Source of the DNA: Hypanus sabinus
Lineage: Eukaryota
Assembly: GCF_030144855.1 (NCBI RefSeq)
Contig: NC_082710.1
Location: forward strand, 98,642,001 to 98,706,000
Direction: 5' to 3'
Length of the DNA: 64,000 nucleotides
Shown: positions 13,378-24,988 of the stretch, piece after piece
Position numbering within the stretch: position 1 is the first letter of the stretch
Layout: each line of letters begins with the position of its first letter
Made by a program: the position numbers and the translations under genes
The notes under the pieces: generated by a model
The model's input: the letters and a program-made list of their open reading frames with translations, nothing else
Told to the model about the DNA's origin: nothing
The model's database searches: none

Positions 13378-14125
13378 TTCAAAGTTCAAAACAAATTTAT
13401 TATCAAAGTACATATATGTCACCATGTATAACTCTGTGATTTATTTTCTTGTGGACATACTCAATAAATCCAAGAACTATAATAGAATCAATGAAAGACA
13501 GCACTCAACAGGATGGACAAATGACCAATGTGCAAAAGACAACAAACTGTTCAAATGCAAAAGAGAAACAAAAAATAGGCAATGAATATAGAGGAAGTGA
13601 GATGAAAAAATCCTTGAGAGTAAGTCCATAGGTTGTGGGAACAGTTCAGTGATGGGGCAAGTAAAGCTGAGTGAAGTTATCCCCTTTGATTGAAGAGCTT
13701 TATGGCTGAAGGGTAATAACTGTTCTTGAACTTGGTAGTGTGAGTCCTGAGGCTCCTGTACATTCTCCCTGATGGCAGCAGCAAGAAGAGAGCATGTCTT
13801 AGGTGGGGCGGAGCCCTGATAATGGACGCTACTTTCCTGCAATGGCGCTCCATTTAGATGTGCTCAATGGTGGGAAAGGCTTCACCCGTGATGGACTGAG
13901 ACATATCTCTACTTTTTGTAGGATCTTCCATTCAGAGGTATTGATGTTACCAGGCTGTGATGCAACCAGTCAATATACCCTCCACCACACATCTATAGAA
14001 GTTTGTTAAATCTTCGCAAACTTCCCAGGAAGAAGAGGCGCTGTCGTGCTTTCTTTGTAATTGCACTTAAGTGCTGGGCCCAGAACAGATCTTCTGAAAT
14101 AATAACACTGAGTAATTTAAAGTGG
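13378..14125 (-). mobile_element. Rex1/Babar-type LINE 3' fragment
   Basis: Begins with the reverse-complemented 3' end (ttcaaagttcaaaacaaatttattatcaaagtacatatatgtcacc). Interior homologous to 3300-4075. Confidence 0.85.
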
Positions 14126-14134
14126 ATTTTTCCC

Positions 14135-14637
14135 AGTACATCACAACTAACCCCCCCCCCCCCCAATCATTGAGCACATCTACATGAAGCATTGGCGTAG
14201 ACTGGCAGCATCCATCATCGCAGATCTCCACTACCCACATCATGCTCGCTTTTGGCTGCTGCCTTCAATTGGAAGGTCCAAGAGCCTCAGGACTAGTATC
14301 ACTAAGTTCAAGAATGGTTACCTCAACCATCAGGCTCTTCAACAAAAGGGGATAACTTCACTCAACTTCACTAGCCCATCATTGAAATATTCCCAGTGGA
14401 TTCACTTTCTAGGACTCTTCATCCCATGTTCTTGTTATTTATTTTTATTTGCATTTGCACAGTTTGTTGTTTTGTGCACTTTGGTTGAACACCCTAGTTA
14501 TGTGGTCTTTCATTACTCCTATTATATTTATGTTTCTATAGATTTGTAGAGTATGTCTACAAGAAAATGAATCAGGATTGTATATGGTGACATATATGTA
14601 CATTGATAATAAAATTTACTTTGAACTTTAAATTTTG
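14135..14637 (+). mobile_element. Rex1/Babar-type LINE 3' fragment, head-to-head with the previous copy
   Basis: AASIIADLHYPHHARFWLLPSIGRSKSLRTSITKFKNGY. 3' end gataataaaatttactttgaacttt. Confidence 0.85.
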
Positions 14638-14729
14638 ATCCTGCGTCTTCCAAATTTCTCCCCGCAACTCCGGTCATTGTTTTACTGCCATTATCTCTGC
14701 TAATGTTCCCTTCCAATCAACTTTGGCGA

Positions 14730-16110
14730 GCTCCTCTCTCATGCCTCTATAATTCCCTTTACTCCACTGTAATACTGACACATTTGACATTACCTTCTCC
14801 CTCTCAAATTGAAGGGTGTAGAATATCATAGTAGGATCTTGCCTCGAAGAGTTCCTTTACCTTAAGTTCCCAAATCAAATCCAGTTCATTATGCACCACC
14901 CAATTCAAAACAGACCAGTGGCCTCAGCTACAAGCAGCACTAAAAAGCCACCTCATAGCCTTTCTACAAATTCTCTCTCTTGAGATCCAAAATCCGCATC
15001 AATTTGATTTTCCCAACCTATCTGCACATTGAAATCCCGCATGACTATCTTAACATTTCCCTTATGACATTTTCTATCTCCCATTGTATTTTGTAATCCA
15101 TATCCTGGTTACCATTTGGAGGCTTATACGTAATTCCTTTCAGGGTCTTTTTACCCATGCAGCTTTTTAACTCTACACACAAGGATTCTACATCTTTCAA
15201 TCCTATGTCATCTCTTTCTAAGAAGCTGTATTTTTTTTTACAAACAGAGCCAACAGAGCTTCTGTCAACAATGTCTTTCCTTTCAATACAATGTGTACCC
15301 TTGTGTACCAATGTGTACCATGTTTCCAGCTATGATATTCTTTCAGCCATGTCTCAGTGATGCCCACAACACTATACCTTCCAATCTCTGACTGTGTTAC
15401 AAGATGACCTACTTCATTCCTTATACTGAGTGCATTCAAAATTAACACATTTAGTCCTATATTCATCACTCTTTTTGATGTTGTCTGCATGCTGCACTGT
15501 AACACTCTCACTGACATCAATTGTGCCCTGTCATCAGCCTGTCCTTCCTGAAAGTCTCACTGCACACTGCATCCTTAGCCTTATCCCTCTGGTTCCCATC
15601 CCCCTACTAAATTAGTAAATTAGTTTAAACCCCCCTCGGCAGCTCTAGCAAACCTGCCTGCTAGTATATTGGCCGGGTTCAGGTGTAATCCATCCTCTTT
15701 GTACAAGTCATGCCTTCCTCAGAAGAGATCCAAATGATCCAAACAACTGTAGCCTTGCCAGTTCCTCAGCTATGCATTCATCTGCCAATTCATCCCATTC
15801 TCCCCCACACTAACACATGGCACAGGGAGTACTCCAGAGATTACTACTCTGGAAGTCATGTTTTTAAGCTTTCTGCCTAACTCCCTAAGTTCTCTCTTCA
15901 GGACTTCTTCACTTTTCCTACCTACAGCTATGTCATTAGTGCCAATATGTACCAAGACTTCTGGCTGCTCAACCTCCCACCTTAGAATATCAAAGACCCT
16001 ATCTGAAATGTTCCTCATCCTGGCATCTGAGAGGCAACATACTGTCCAAGTAGCTCTTTCACATCCACAGAATCTCATGTCTGTTTTTCTAACTATAGAA
16101 TCCCCTTTCC
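14730..16110 (-). mobile_element. CR1-clade LINE 5' portion: ORF1 SGNH/esterase domain and ORF2 APE endonuclease, decayed
   Basis: 15770-16078(-) VCCLSDAR..QPEVLVHIGTNDI..RVVISGVLPVP (ORF1 esterase). 15218-15520(-) LNALSIRNE..VVGITETWL and 15045-15311(-) VESLCVEL..GITYKPPN (endonuclease). Confidence 0.88.
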
Positions 16111-16409
16111 TACTGCATTCTTCTTCTTCTCACCCCCCCCCCCCCCCCGCTTTTCCTTCGGAGCCACAGAGTCAGACTGAAGCAGCCTAACTGGAACTTC
16201 ATCAAGCTGCAACATAATTTCCAGACCTGTGAACCCACCTCCTTGTCTAATAAAGGCAAAATAATATATTCCTTATGTATCACCATTTCTACCTTGCATT
16301 TCCACTTTCAGGGAGATATGGGCAATACATGAAGACAGTCATCTACACTATCTCCAACACCATCTCTCTTCATATTGTCTGCAGACTTACTAACCCACCT
16401 GCACACAAT

Positions 16410-17960
16410 TCTTGAGGACCTGAGCAAATCAAGCAGTATCCATAGACGATAGAAACAGTTGATATTTTGGGCTGGGACCCTTCATCAGGAGTAGGTAATA
16501 AGAGAGTCAAGATAGTAATAAGTGAGTAATAAATGAAGGACAAAATTGGTTAGTAGGGGTCCATTGCCACCTCCACATGCTCTCCATTACTTTAACAACT
16601 TTCAATTCCTTGACTGCCTTACTTATACTATGGCTGTGTACATTTCCATTCCCCCATCAGGAAGGCCTTAGGCTTTTTATATTAGGGTAAACAAACCCTA
16701 ACAGTTCCACTCCACTGCTACCATCTCTGCTACTTCTCAGCTACTTCTCTTTCGACTCGTCCCACTTTAACCAAACCAAACGTGTAGCCATGAGCATTTG
16801 CACGAGCCCCAGCTCTGTCTGCCTTTTTCTCCATTAGATTGATGACTGCATTGGCTTTTTTTCCTGCACCCATGCCGGGCTTATCAACTTCCCCTCCAAC
16901 TTCCACTCTGCCATTAAAATTCACTAGGTCCCTCTCTGACAACTTGCTCCTCTTTCCTGATTTCTCCATCTCTATCTCAGGAGACAGATTATCCACCACC
17001 TTTTTATACAAATGCACTGACTCTCACAGTTACCTTGTCGCCTATAAGAATGCTCTTCCATTCCCTCAGTTCTTCTGCCTCTTCTCAGGATGAGGCTTTC
17101 CATTGCAGGACATTCCAGGTTTCTCCTTCCATGACTATCAATGCTGGCCTCATCTGCATCTCCTCAAAATCCTACATATCTGTCCTCAACCCATTAACCC
17201 ACCCCCCAATGTTATGGCACAACCAGGTACCCCATAACCAGGCACATCTTTCTCTGCTCCCTTCCACTTTCTGCATGGATAGCTCTTGTTTGTCCACTCT
17301 CCCCCTCCCCACTGATCTCCTTCCTGTCACTTACACCTGCCCCTTCACCTCCTCCTTAACCATTAACAAATTTAAATATACTTCCAGGTGAGGTGGTGCT
17401 TCATCTGCAAATATATTGGGGCCATTTGTTGTATCTGGTGCTCCCATCTTGGCATCCTCTACATCAGTGACACCTGACACAAATCTTCTGCTTACTCTCA
17501 TAGACTTTATATGCAGTTTTACCGTATCATAAGATATAGGAGCAGAGTTAAGCAATTTGGCTGGTCAGGTCTGCTCTGTCATTTCATCATAGCTGATCCA
17601 TTTACCTATTAACTCCATTCTCCTGCCTTCTGCTCATAACCTTTCATTTGATTAATCAAAAACCTATCAACCTCCACCTTAAATATGCCTGATGACCCGG
17701 CCTCCGTAGCTGCCTGGGGCAACAATTTCGACAGATTCACCACTCTTTGGCTAAAGAAATGCCCTGTTTGTCATTACGGCCAGGATCTCCCGGTAGTCAC
17801 ACATTTTGATTCGACTTCCCATTCTTATACTACACTGACATGTCTGTCCAGGACCTCCTCCACTGCCACAAATAAGCTAGATGCAGGTCAGAGAAACAAT
17901 AGCTCATGTTCTGTTCTGGTAGTCTCCAACTTGAATCTTAATTTCTCTGACTTCTGAGAA
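16410..17960 (+). mobile_element. Penelope-like element, heavily decayed: inverted pLTR at the 5' end, RT and GIY-YIG remnants, interrupted by a CR1 3' fragment (about 17530-17760)
   Basis: 16839-17093 PLKFTRSLSDNLLLFPDFSISISGDRLSTTFLYKCTDSHSYL (PLE RT C-terminal part). GIY-YIG-like sequence at 17330-17480. Inverted pLTR/hammerhead remnant at 16457-16492. Confidence 0.8.
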
Positions 17961-19713
17961 CCTCACCCCTTTGTTTTCCCTCATTGATGAAGGTAGAGCT
18001 GTGGATGTTGCCAACATAGACTTTGTAAGCCACCCCTCCCCCATCCCATTCTCTTTCATCCTCCATCAGTGGACATTGTTACTTTTACCAAGTGATCCAT
18101 TCTACATCTCATTAATGAATCTGAATGAGGAGATAGAATTTCTGAAAATACTTACTTTTCATCATTTTTTAAAGGGATCGTCATTTTCAGATCCACAGAA
18201 GGATGTCAACTTGCATAAAATATATATATTTTTAAATAAATACACTGCCTGTTTATGGATATTGCTTACAGTGAAGCACCAAACTATGGATGCCATCCAG
18301 GCATCAATGCAACAGTCTGAACAACTCTGGTTCCATCCAAAGATACTAAAATCGCAGGGGACAGTAAAAGTTAAGGCCAGGTGCAGGCAGCCATGTCTGG
18401 TGTTACTTTGGGGAAATTAGTAAAGCAATCATACTCTAGCAAGTTCCTCAGCAGCATAAATTAGAAAACTACTGTGCCCAATTTTGGAGCAATCTCACAT
18501 AAAACTTTTCAGAACTATTTGCAAAATCATTTAATGCCTAAATCAGGCAGAGATATTGCTGCTTAAATTAAGCAGGTATACTCCTGTACGTTACATTAGA
18601 ATCTAGATTCAGTGTATGATCATCATTGAAAAACTAATGTCTGCTTTCAGATTTGTGAAATATTTGCCTCGTTACAAAGCCATGTGAGTTTGAAATCATT
18701 TGAGCTTTGACAATCAGTGGATGATTAAGTCATGCTCACCTGATTGACAACATCTGGCTTTCTATTATTCATGTGCAAAATGATTGTCTGTGAGCTGATT
18801 ATCTTTCCAGAGTCTTTGAAGTGTCCTAATTTCAACTGCTCAACAGGGATTCTTAAGTTGACCACATTTCCAGTTTATTGTCTTCAATACATCAATATCA
18901 AAATGGTTAAGGACTGTGCAAATTTTCTCTAATCCAGATTATTTGAATTATTATTAATATCAGATCGAGTTTTCATTAGGTTTATAGAGGAAGTCAGCAA
19001 TAAATTAAAAAAATTGCATTTTAGGCTCAGTTAATTTACAGAACATATTTTTGTATGAGAACGTTTTAGTTTAAGGCCAGAGGTGATGCAGCTTTGAAAG
19101 ACATCTCAACACAGCCTTGATTAAAACTGTACGAACAGAAAGCTAATAAATAACAGATAAATATGAAGGGGAAGGGTATTTGGATGCAGCCTCACAGATT
19201 TTCTACATGTCAGCTTGTTTGCCATTCATTTTAAACTTACTTCTCATCCTTCAGGATCTACTTGTTTCAATGACCTGAACCTCCATTTCACCCTTTTTCT
19301 TTTGAGGAACCTTGTTTTCTTCACAGAACAGCAAAGCCATTTTTTTTAAAAATTGTTTTTAAGTCTACAACATTAATTCACTGACCCAAAACTAATTCAG
19401 TTCAAAGGAATAAGAGTCCACACTCTTAAAATTATACGTTCATGATCAGAGATTCATCAGCATTATGTATCGCATAATGTAACCAGATATTCACCTAAAC
19501 CTGAACACATCCGTTCTTAACCTTTCAGAAATGACTTAATGAAAACCTACAGGTAGATTTTAAAACTTACATTCTAAACTTTGATGCCAATGACGAATCC
19601 AGACTGGGGACCTCTCTAGGTGGATATCACCGATAGCAACTTCTGCACACAACTGTTTGGCTAACTGTAAAATAATTTTGCTCAGTCGGAATCTGATCTA
19701 GCATCCATTTAAA

Positions 19714-19900
19714 AAGTTCAAAGTAAATTTATTATTTAAGTACATACATGTCACCAGATACAACCCTGAGATTTGTTTTCTTGTGAGCACACTCAGTAAA
19801 TCCAGGAACCCTAATAGAATTCACCAAAGACTACACCCAATGGAGTGGACAAAGAAACCGTGCAAATACAAAAGAGAAAAATAATAATGATAATAATAAT
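19714..19900 (-). mobile_element. Rex1/Babar-type 3' UTR fragment split by the R4/Dong insertion (continues at about 21305-21390)
   Basis: Homologous to 13378-13650. Colinearity resumes after 21305 (aataataagcaagaaatattgagaacatgaga). Confidence 0.75.
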
Positions 19901-19929
19901 AATTTTTATTATTATTGCTATTCCTCATT

Positions 19930-21305
19930 ATAATACAGGACCAGGTGGTTAGCCAATGGATGAGTATGAAATATACAAGTATCCAGGATATCAACAAAGA
20001 AAAAAATAGATCATAGTGAGATAAAGGAGGAACTTTTGACAGAATTTACTTCAAGGCTTAAGAAAACTGGCAAACAGACGTCTAACAGCAAAATTATAAC
20101 AAAGGCAATAAAAACTTTTGCTATACCCACATTAACGTATTCTTTTGGCATTATATCTTGGCCTGAAACAGATCCAGAAAATTTACAAGAAAACTAAGAA
20201 CTGAAATGACAAATTTCAGAAAACATTATGTACATTCGAAGGCACTTAGATTAACACTAATTTGGACAGAAGAGGAAAGATGAATAACGGACTTTAAAAA
20301 TCTAAATAACAGTCAGATAAAACTTCTAAGGATATACTTTCATTAATGAAAACAGGATTCAGCACTCCATGCAAGCATATGCAATTCTGATAAGAAGAAC
20401 ACACCACTAAACTTAAATGAGATCACAGCCCAGAAAAAAGAAGGAATTCTTCCTACAGAAGGACAATTAACCAATGGAAGAACATAACCCTTCATGGAAG
20501 ACAACCCCATGGTCTTAGCACACTAGATGTCGAACAGGGAACATTGAACACCTGGCTCAGAGTTGGAGACCTCTTCCCAGAAGCATAAGGGTTTCTTGTG
20601 GCAACACAGGGCCAGGTAGTTAACACAAAAATCATCAGAAGTACATAATAAAAGACCAGCAAATTCAAGATGATAAATGCAGAAAGTGTTGAGAAAAACC
20701 AGAAACATTCCAACACGTTACAGGATTCTGTAGTAATTTAACTCAATCGGATTATTTACAGAGGCACAATCAAGTGTCAACCATCATTCAGCAAAATCTT
20801 GCTTAAAAATAAAACTCATAAGACAAACCATGCCTTACTATAAATACAAGTCCGATCCAGTTTTAGAGTCAGAATACCACAAGTTATATTATGACCAATC
20901 AGTTATTACCAATAGGATAATCCATAAAAACTATCCAGATATAATAATACAGGATAAACAAGCAAGAACAACTTCCTTAGCAAATATAGCCTTTCCTAAA
21001 ACACAGAACATACAGAAATCAGTAAGTGAAAAGCACCAGAAATATGCTGAATTAAAAGAGGAAACTGTAAGACTTTGGAACAAGAACATTGTCCCAATAG
21101 TAATAACTACAACTGATGTCATCCCGAAGGCACTACACAATAGCATAAACATTTAGGTTTGCACAGTAATATCTTTGTAAATCTTCAGAAAGCCACAATA
21201 CTCAACACCAGTAGAATAGCCTGAAAGTTCCTAGCAATTGGGAAATGAGCATGCTTGGCTATGTCCATGCCTCAGGTTTTACCAGCTTGAGATGAGAAAA
21301 AAAAT
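19930..21305 (+). mobile_element. R4-clade (Dong-like) non-LTR retrotransposon with restriction-like endonuclease, 5'-truncated and decayed
   Basis: Late RT motif MDEYEIYKYPG. CCHC knuckle DKCRKC*EKPETFQHVTGFC (about 20670-20735). YLQRHNQV motif. ORF 20830-21156 with YYDQSVITNRIIHKNYPDII..ANIAFP..EKHQKYAEL..IVPIVITTTDVIPK (PD-(D/E)xK-type RLE). Flanked by TAA repeats. Confidence 0.85.
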
Positions 21306-21448
21306 CAATAATAATAAGCAAGAAATATTGAGAACATGAGATAAAGATTCCTCAAAAATGTGTTGATAGATTGTCAGAATAGGTCATTATTTCCACTGTT
21401 TAATCATTGCTGTATTATTTAGTCATTCTTTATTTTCTGCTGAAAGAT

Positions 21449-21485
21449 TGTGTGTGCATGTGTGTGTGTGTGTGTGTGTGTGTGT
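21449..21485. repeat. (TG)n microsatellite
   Basis: Direct reading; one CA interruption. Confidence 0.95.
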
Positions 21486-22160
21486 TTCTATGTAAGGAAG
21501 TGAATATAACCTTTTTTTATGGGCTTGTAAAATAAATCCTACGGAAGTAAATTACCTTGGAAACAGACTGTAACATTTGTAAACATTGTCTCAGAACTGC
21601 TTTTAAATGCTCCATTCTGTTCCAATGAATATTGATTCTACTCATGTGATGTTCAACTCATTGATATTTGCATACAAATCCAATAGCTGTTTTTTAGTTA
21701 ATTCACAAACCAGCAGGTGCAACATGCTTATTCTGGCTCTCAGTTTAATTCACAATTTGCCACATACTTCAACATATTCTCTTTTCGAATTTTAGAACTG
21801 TGAATCTTATTGTTTTTTTCCCCTTCCTTTCTCAGGATAAAATCCTTCTGAAAATGTTCACCATCTTTTAACCATTGCTGTTTGACATACCTCATCTAGT
21901 CTTCTGTTTATACAACAGTGATGAATTCTTGACCTTTGCATTGCTGTAATATTTCAAAGTACAAGCGTTCATGGGTTCCAGAGTTTTTCTGTAGCCCGGC
22001 ATATTTCACTTATGATAATATTATCGATGCTTTTAATATTAATCAGAAACTTGGAATCACAATGTGCAACTTAGCTGTGTCTGTGAGTGTATGTATGCTA
22101 TGCACAAAGATAAAAATCATTTGTTTATAACTTAACATTCCTGGATTTGTTTAATAAAAA

Positions 22161-22512
22161 GGTGTGTGCCACTGTAGTGCAACCCTATTACAACTCTGGG
22201 CGTGCTGGAGTCTGGAGTTCAGTTCCAGCCTAGAATATTGCTGAGTTTCAATTACCAATCCATTGTATTTGTCACCTAAACTTCAGCCTTTACTGATTTA
22301 TCAGCTGTAGGGAGCTTTTCCGTTCTCGCTGTGATTGTGTGGGTTTCCTTCCAGGGGTCTGGTTCCCTCCCGAAGACGGACCAGTTATTAGATCAATCAG
22401 TCTTTGTAAATTGTCCTGTGATTAGGCCAACATTTAGATAGATGGGTTGCAGGGTGACACGGCTTGTGGGCCAAAACAACCTGCTCCATGCTGTATCTCT
22501 AAATAAATGAAT
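22161..22512 (+). mobile_element. tRNA-derived V-SINE/HE1-like SINE containing a foreign 84-bp insert
   Basis: B-box-like GGAGTTCAGTTCC, V-domain-like gtgggtttcc..ggttccctccc..aagacg, CR1-type 3' tail gggccaaaacaacctgctccatgctgtatctctaaataaa. Homologous to 33677-33965. Confidence 0.75.
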
Positions 22513-22659
22513 AATCTGATCTAAAGCTTTCTTGTAAATTGAAAGCTTGGAACTTCTATTAACTTCGGGGTTCTCACGCGTAACTGTCATTCACTCTTTG
22601 GGGCACTTCTCTGTTTTTGTGGATGTTTTGCGAAGAAAGGGCAATCCAGGATGTATATT

Positions 22660-23693
22660 CGCAAACGTGAGGAAATCTGCAGATGCTGGAAATTCAAGCA
22701 ACACACCACCTCCAACGGGATCCCACTACTAGGCACATCTTTCCCTTCCCCTTCTTTCTGCTTACCACAGGAATCGTTCTTTATATAACTCCCTTGTCCA
22801 TTTGTTACCCCCCCCCCCCCCCAATCCCTTCCCACCGATCTCCCTCCTGGCACTTATCCTTGTAAGTAGAACAAGTGCTACACCTGCCCTTACACTTCCT
22901 CCCTCACCACCATTCAGGGCCCCAGACAGTCCTTCCAGGTGAGGCGACACTTCACCTGTGAGTCAGCTGGTGTGGTATACTGTATCCGGTGCTCCCGGTG
23001 TGGCCTTTTATATATTGGTGAGACCTGACGCAGACTGGAGACTATTTTGCTGAACACCTACGCTCAGTCCGCCAGAGAAAGCAGAATATCGCAGTGGCCA
23101 CACATTTTAATTCCATGTCCCATTCCCATTCAGATATGTCTATCCACGGCCTCCTCTTCTGTTAAGATGAAGCCATGCTCAGGTTGGAGGAACAACACCT
23201 TACATACTGCCTGGGTAGCCTCCAACCTGATGGCATGAACATTGACTTCTCGAACTTCCATTAATGCCCCTCTTCCCCTTCTTAGCCCATCCCTTATTTA
23301 TGTATTTATTTGTTTATTTATTTATTCATTCCCCTCCTCCTTTTTTTTTCTCTCTCTGCCTCTCTCACAATCACTCCTTGCCTGTTCTCCATCTCCCTCT
23401 AGTGCTCCCCTCCCCCTTTCTTTCTCCCTAGGTCTCTCATCCCATGATCCTTTCCCTTCTCCAGCTGTGTATCCCTTTTGCCAATCACCTTTCTAGCTCT
23501 TAGCTTCACCACTCCCCCTCCTGTCTTCTCCTATTATTTCAGATTTCTCTGTCCCCCTCCTTCTTTCAAATCTCTTACTATCTTTTCTTTCGGTTAGTCC
23601 TGACGAAGGGTCTCAGCCCGAAACGTCGACAGTGCTTCTTCCTATAGTTGCTGCCTGGCCTGCTGTGTTCCACCAGCATTTTGTGTGTGTTGT
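22660..23693 (+). mobile_element. Relatively young Penelope-like element, 5'-truncated, with inverted 5' pLTR tail, GIY-YIG pseudogene, pLTR and 13-bp TSD
   Basis: PGTYPCK*NKCYTCPYTSSLTTIQGPRQSFQVRRHFTCESAGVVYCIRCSRCGLLYIGET*R..AEHLRSV..LEEQHL..LGSLQPDGMNIDFSNF. TSD CAGGATGTATATT (22647-22659) / CAGAATGTATATT (23694-23706). Confidence 0.93.
23597..23630 (+). ncRNA. Minimal type-I hammerhead ribozyme motif in the PLE pseudo-LTR (core intact, activity untested)
   Basis: GUC-[CUGACGA]-A-GGGU(CUCA)GCCC-[GAAA]-CGUC^GAC. Both conserved core boxes present, 4-bp stem II, palindromic ACGU in place of stem III, GUC cleavage triplet, 3-bp stem I. Confidence 0.8.
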
Positions 23694-24967
23694 CAGAATG
23701 TATATTGTATACATTTCTCTGACATTAAATTGAACCTTTGAATCTTTAAACCTTTGATACTTATATTCTATTAATTGACTGAGAATAACCAAGTCGATGA
23801 AGTCAGACAGTACCTTTACTATTGTGTTGCTCTAGCATTTGTACAAATGTGAAGTCCAGGACAAGCTGGACATAAACAATCAAAAAGGCTGAGATCAAAT
23901 TAAGATAAAGGTGTGTGAGTCATTACTTAATGTCGAGAATGGTTGTACCTACTTCCATGCAGTATCTTCATGGTACCTTAACTGACAATTATTGGCCAGT
24001 GTTACAGTTTGAGGTAAATGTTAGCACTTTCTACACTATTGAACTTTTATGATACCTTGTAATACCAGAATGCATTCTGCTAACGAGAATAGTTTTATAT
24101 TATAGTTATTGACTTATTTTGGTTATCAAACAATACATCATGAAAATGTTCATAAAATGTACAAAATTACTTTAAGAACAGAGTAACTTGTTTTATAATA
24201 AATAATATTCCAGACTGTTTATAAGTTTCAAGGTATAATTACAAAAATTTAGATAGCTATTGCATTTTAAACAACTTCATGAATTTATAAGATTTAATTA
24301 ATGTCATAATGGGAGCTGGAACTAAGCATAATTTGTAAAACCTAAGTTTATTGGCTACATTTTAAATATAACTAAAAATCCTTATCCTAAAAAGGAAATT
24401 AACATTAAGCAATTTATTTTAAGTTATAAACTTATTAACCAGGAACAAAATAGAAAATAATTGCATTTTTAATGCAAATGTATAACTTACCAAAAAATTT
24501 CATTTCCAGCCTGGAATATTGCTGAGTTTCAAATTACCAAACCATTGTATTTTTCACCTAAACTTCAGCCTTTACTGATTTATCAGCTATTAGCTGCACT
24601 TTAAATGGCTATTGATACAGACAATTTCTGTCAAGACCTTCACTAACTGAATGGATAGTTTTTTTTTGATAAAAAGCAGGTTGGCTGTCTTCTAACTCCT
24701 GCTATCCAGCTTTAGTTTCAGTGATTATTACTTGTTCTAGCTGTTTAAGAGCAGCCAGGGAGAGCAAGAAAAAACATAATTAAGTCACCCTTGCTTACTT
24801 TGCTTTATTTTTGATTCTGAATAGCCCTGTTCCTAAATTCTTTTTGTACAGAAAATAGTCTGAGAAGTTTGGAGAAGTTTACAGTCTGAGTTTCCTAATT
24901 ATGTCAAAGTCATTAAAGAAGAATAAAACCAGCATTTGTTATTTTTGATTTCACGTGTTGATGATTT

Positions 24968-24988
24968 TGCTACCATCTGGTGGACACT
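24968..24988 (-). promoter_or_regulatory. Candidate CTCF site
   Basis: Minus strand reads AGTGTCCACCAGATGGTAGCA, close to the CTCF consensus CCACCAG(A/G)(G/T)GGC(A/G)(G/C) with one C>T at a conserved position. Lies in non-repetitive DNA. Motif match only. Confidence 0.3.
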
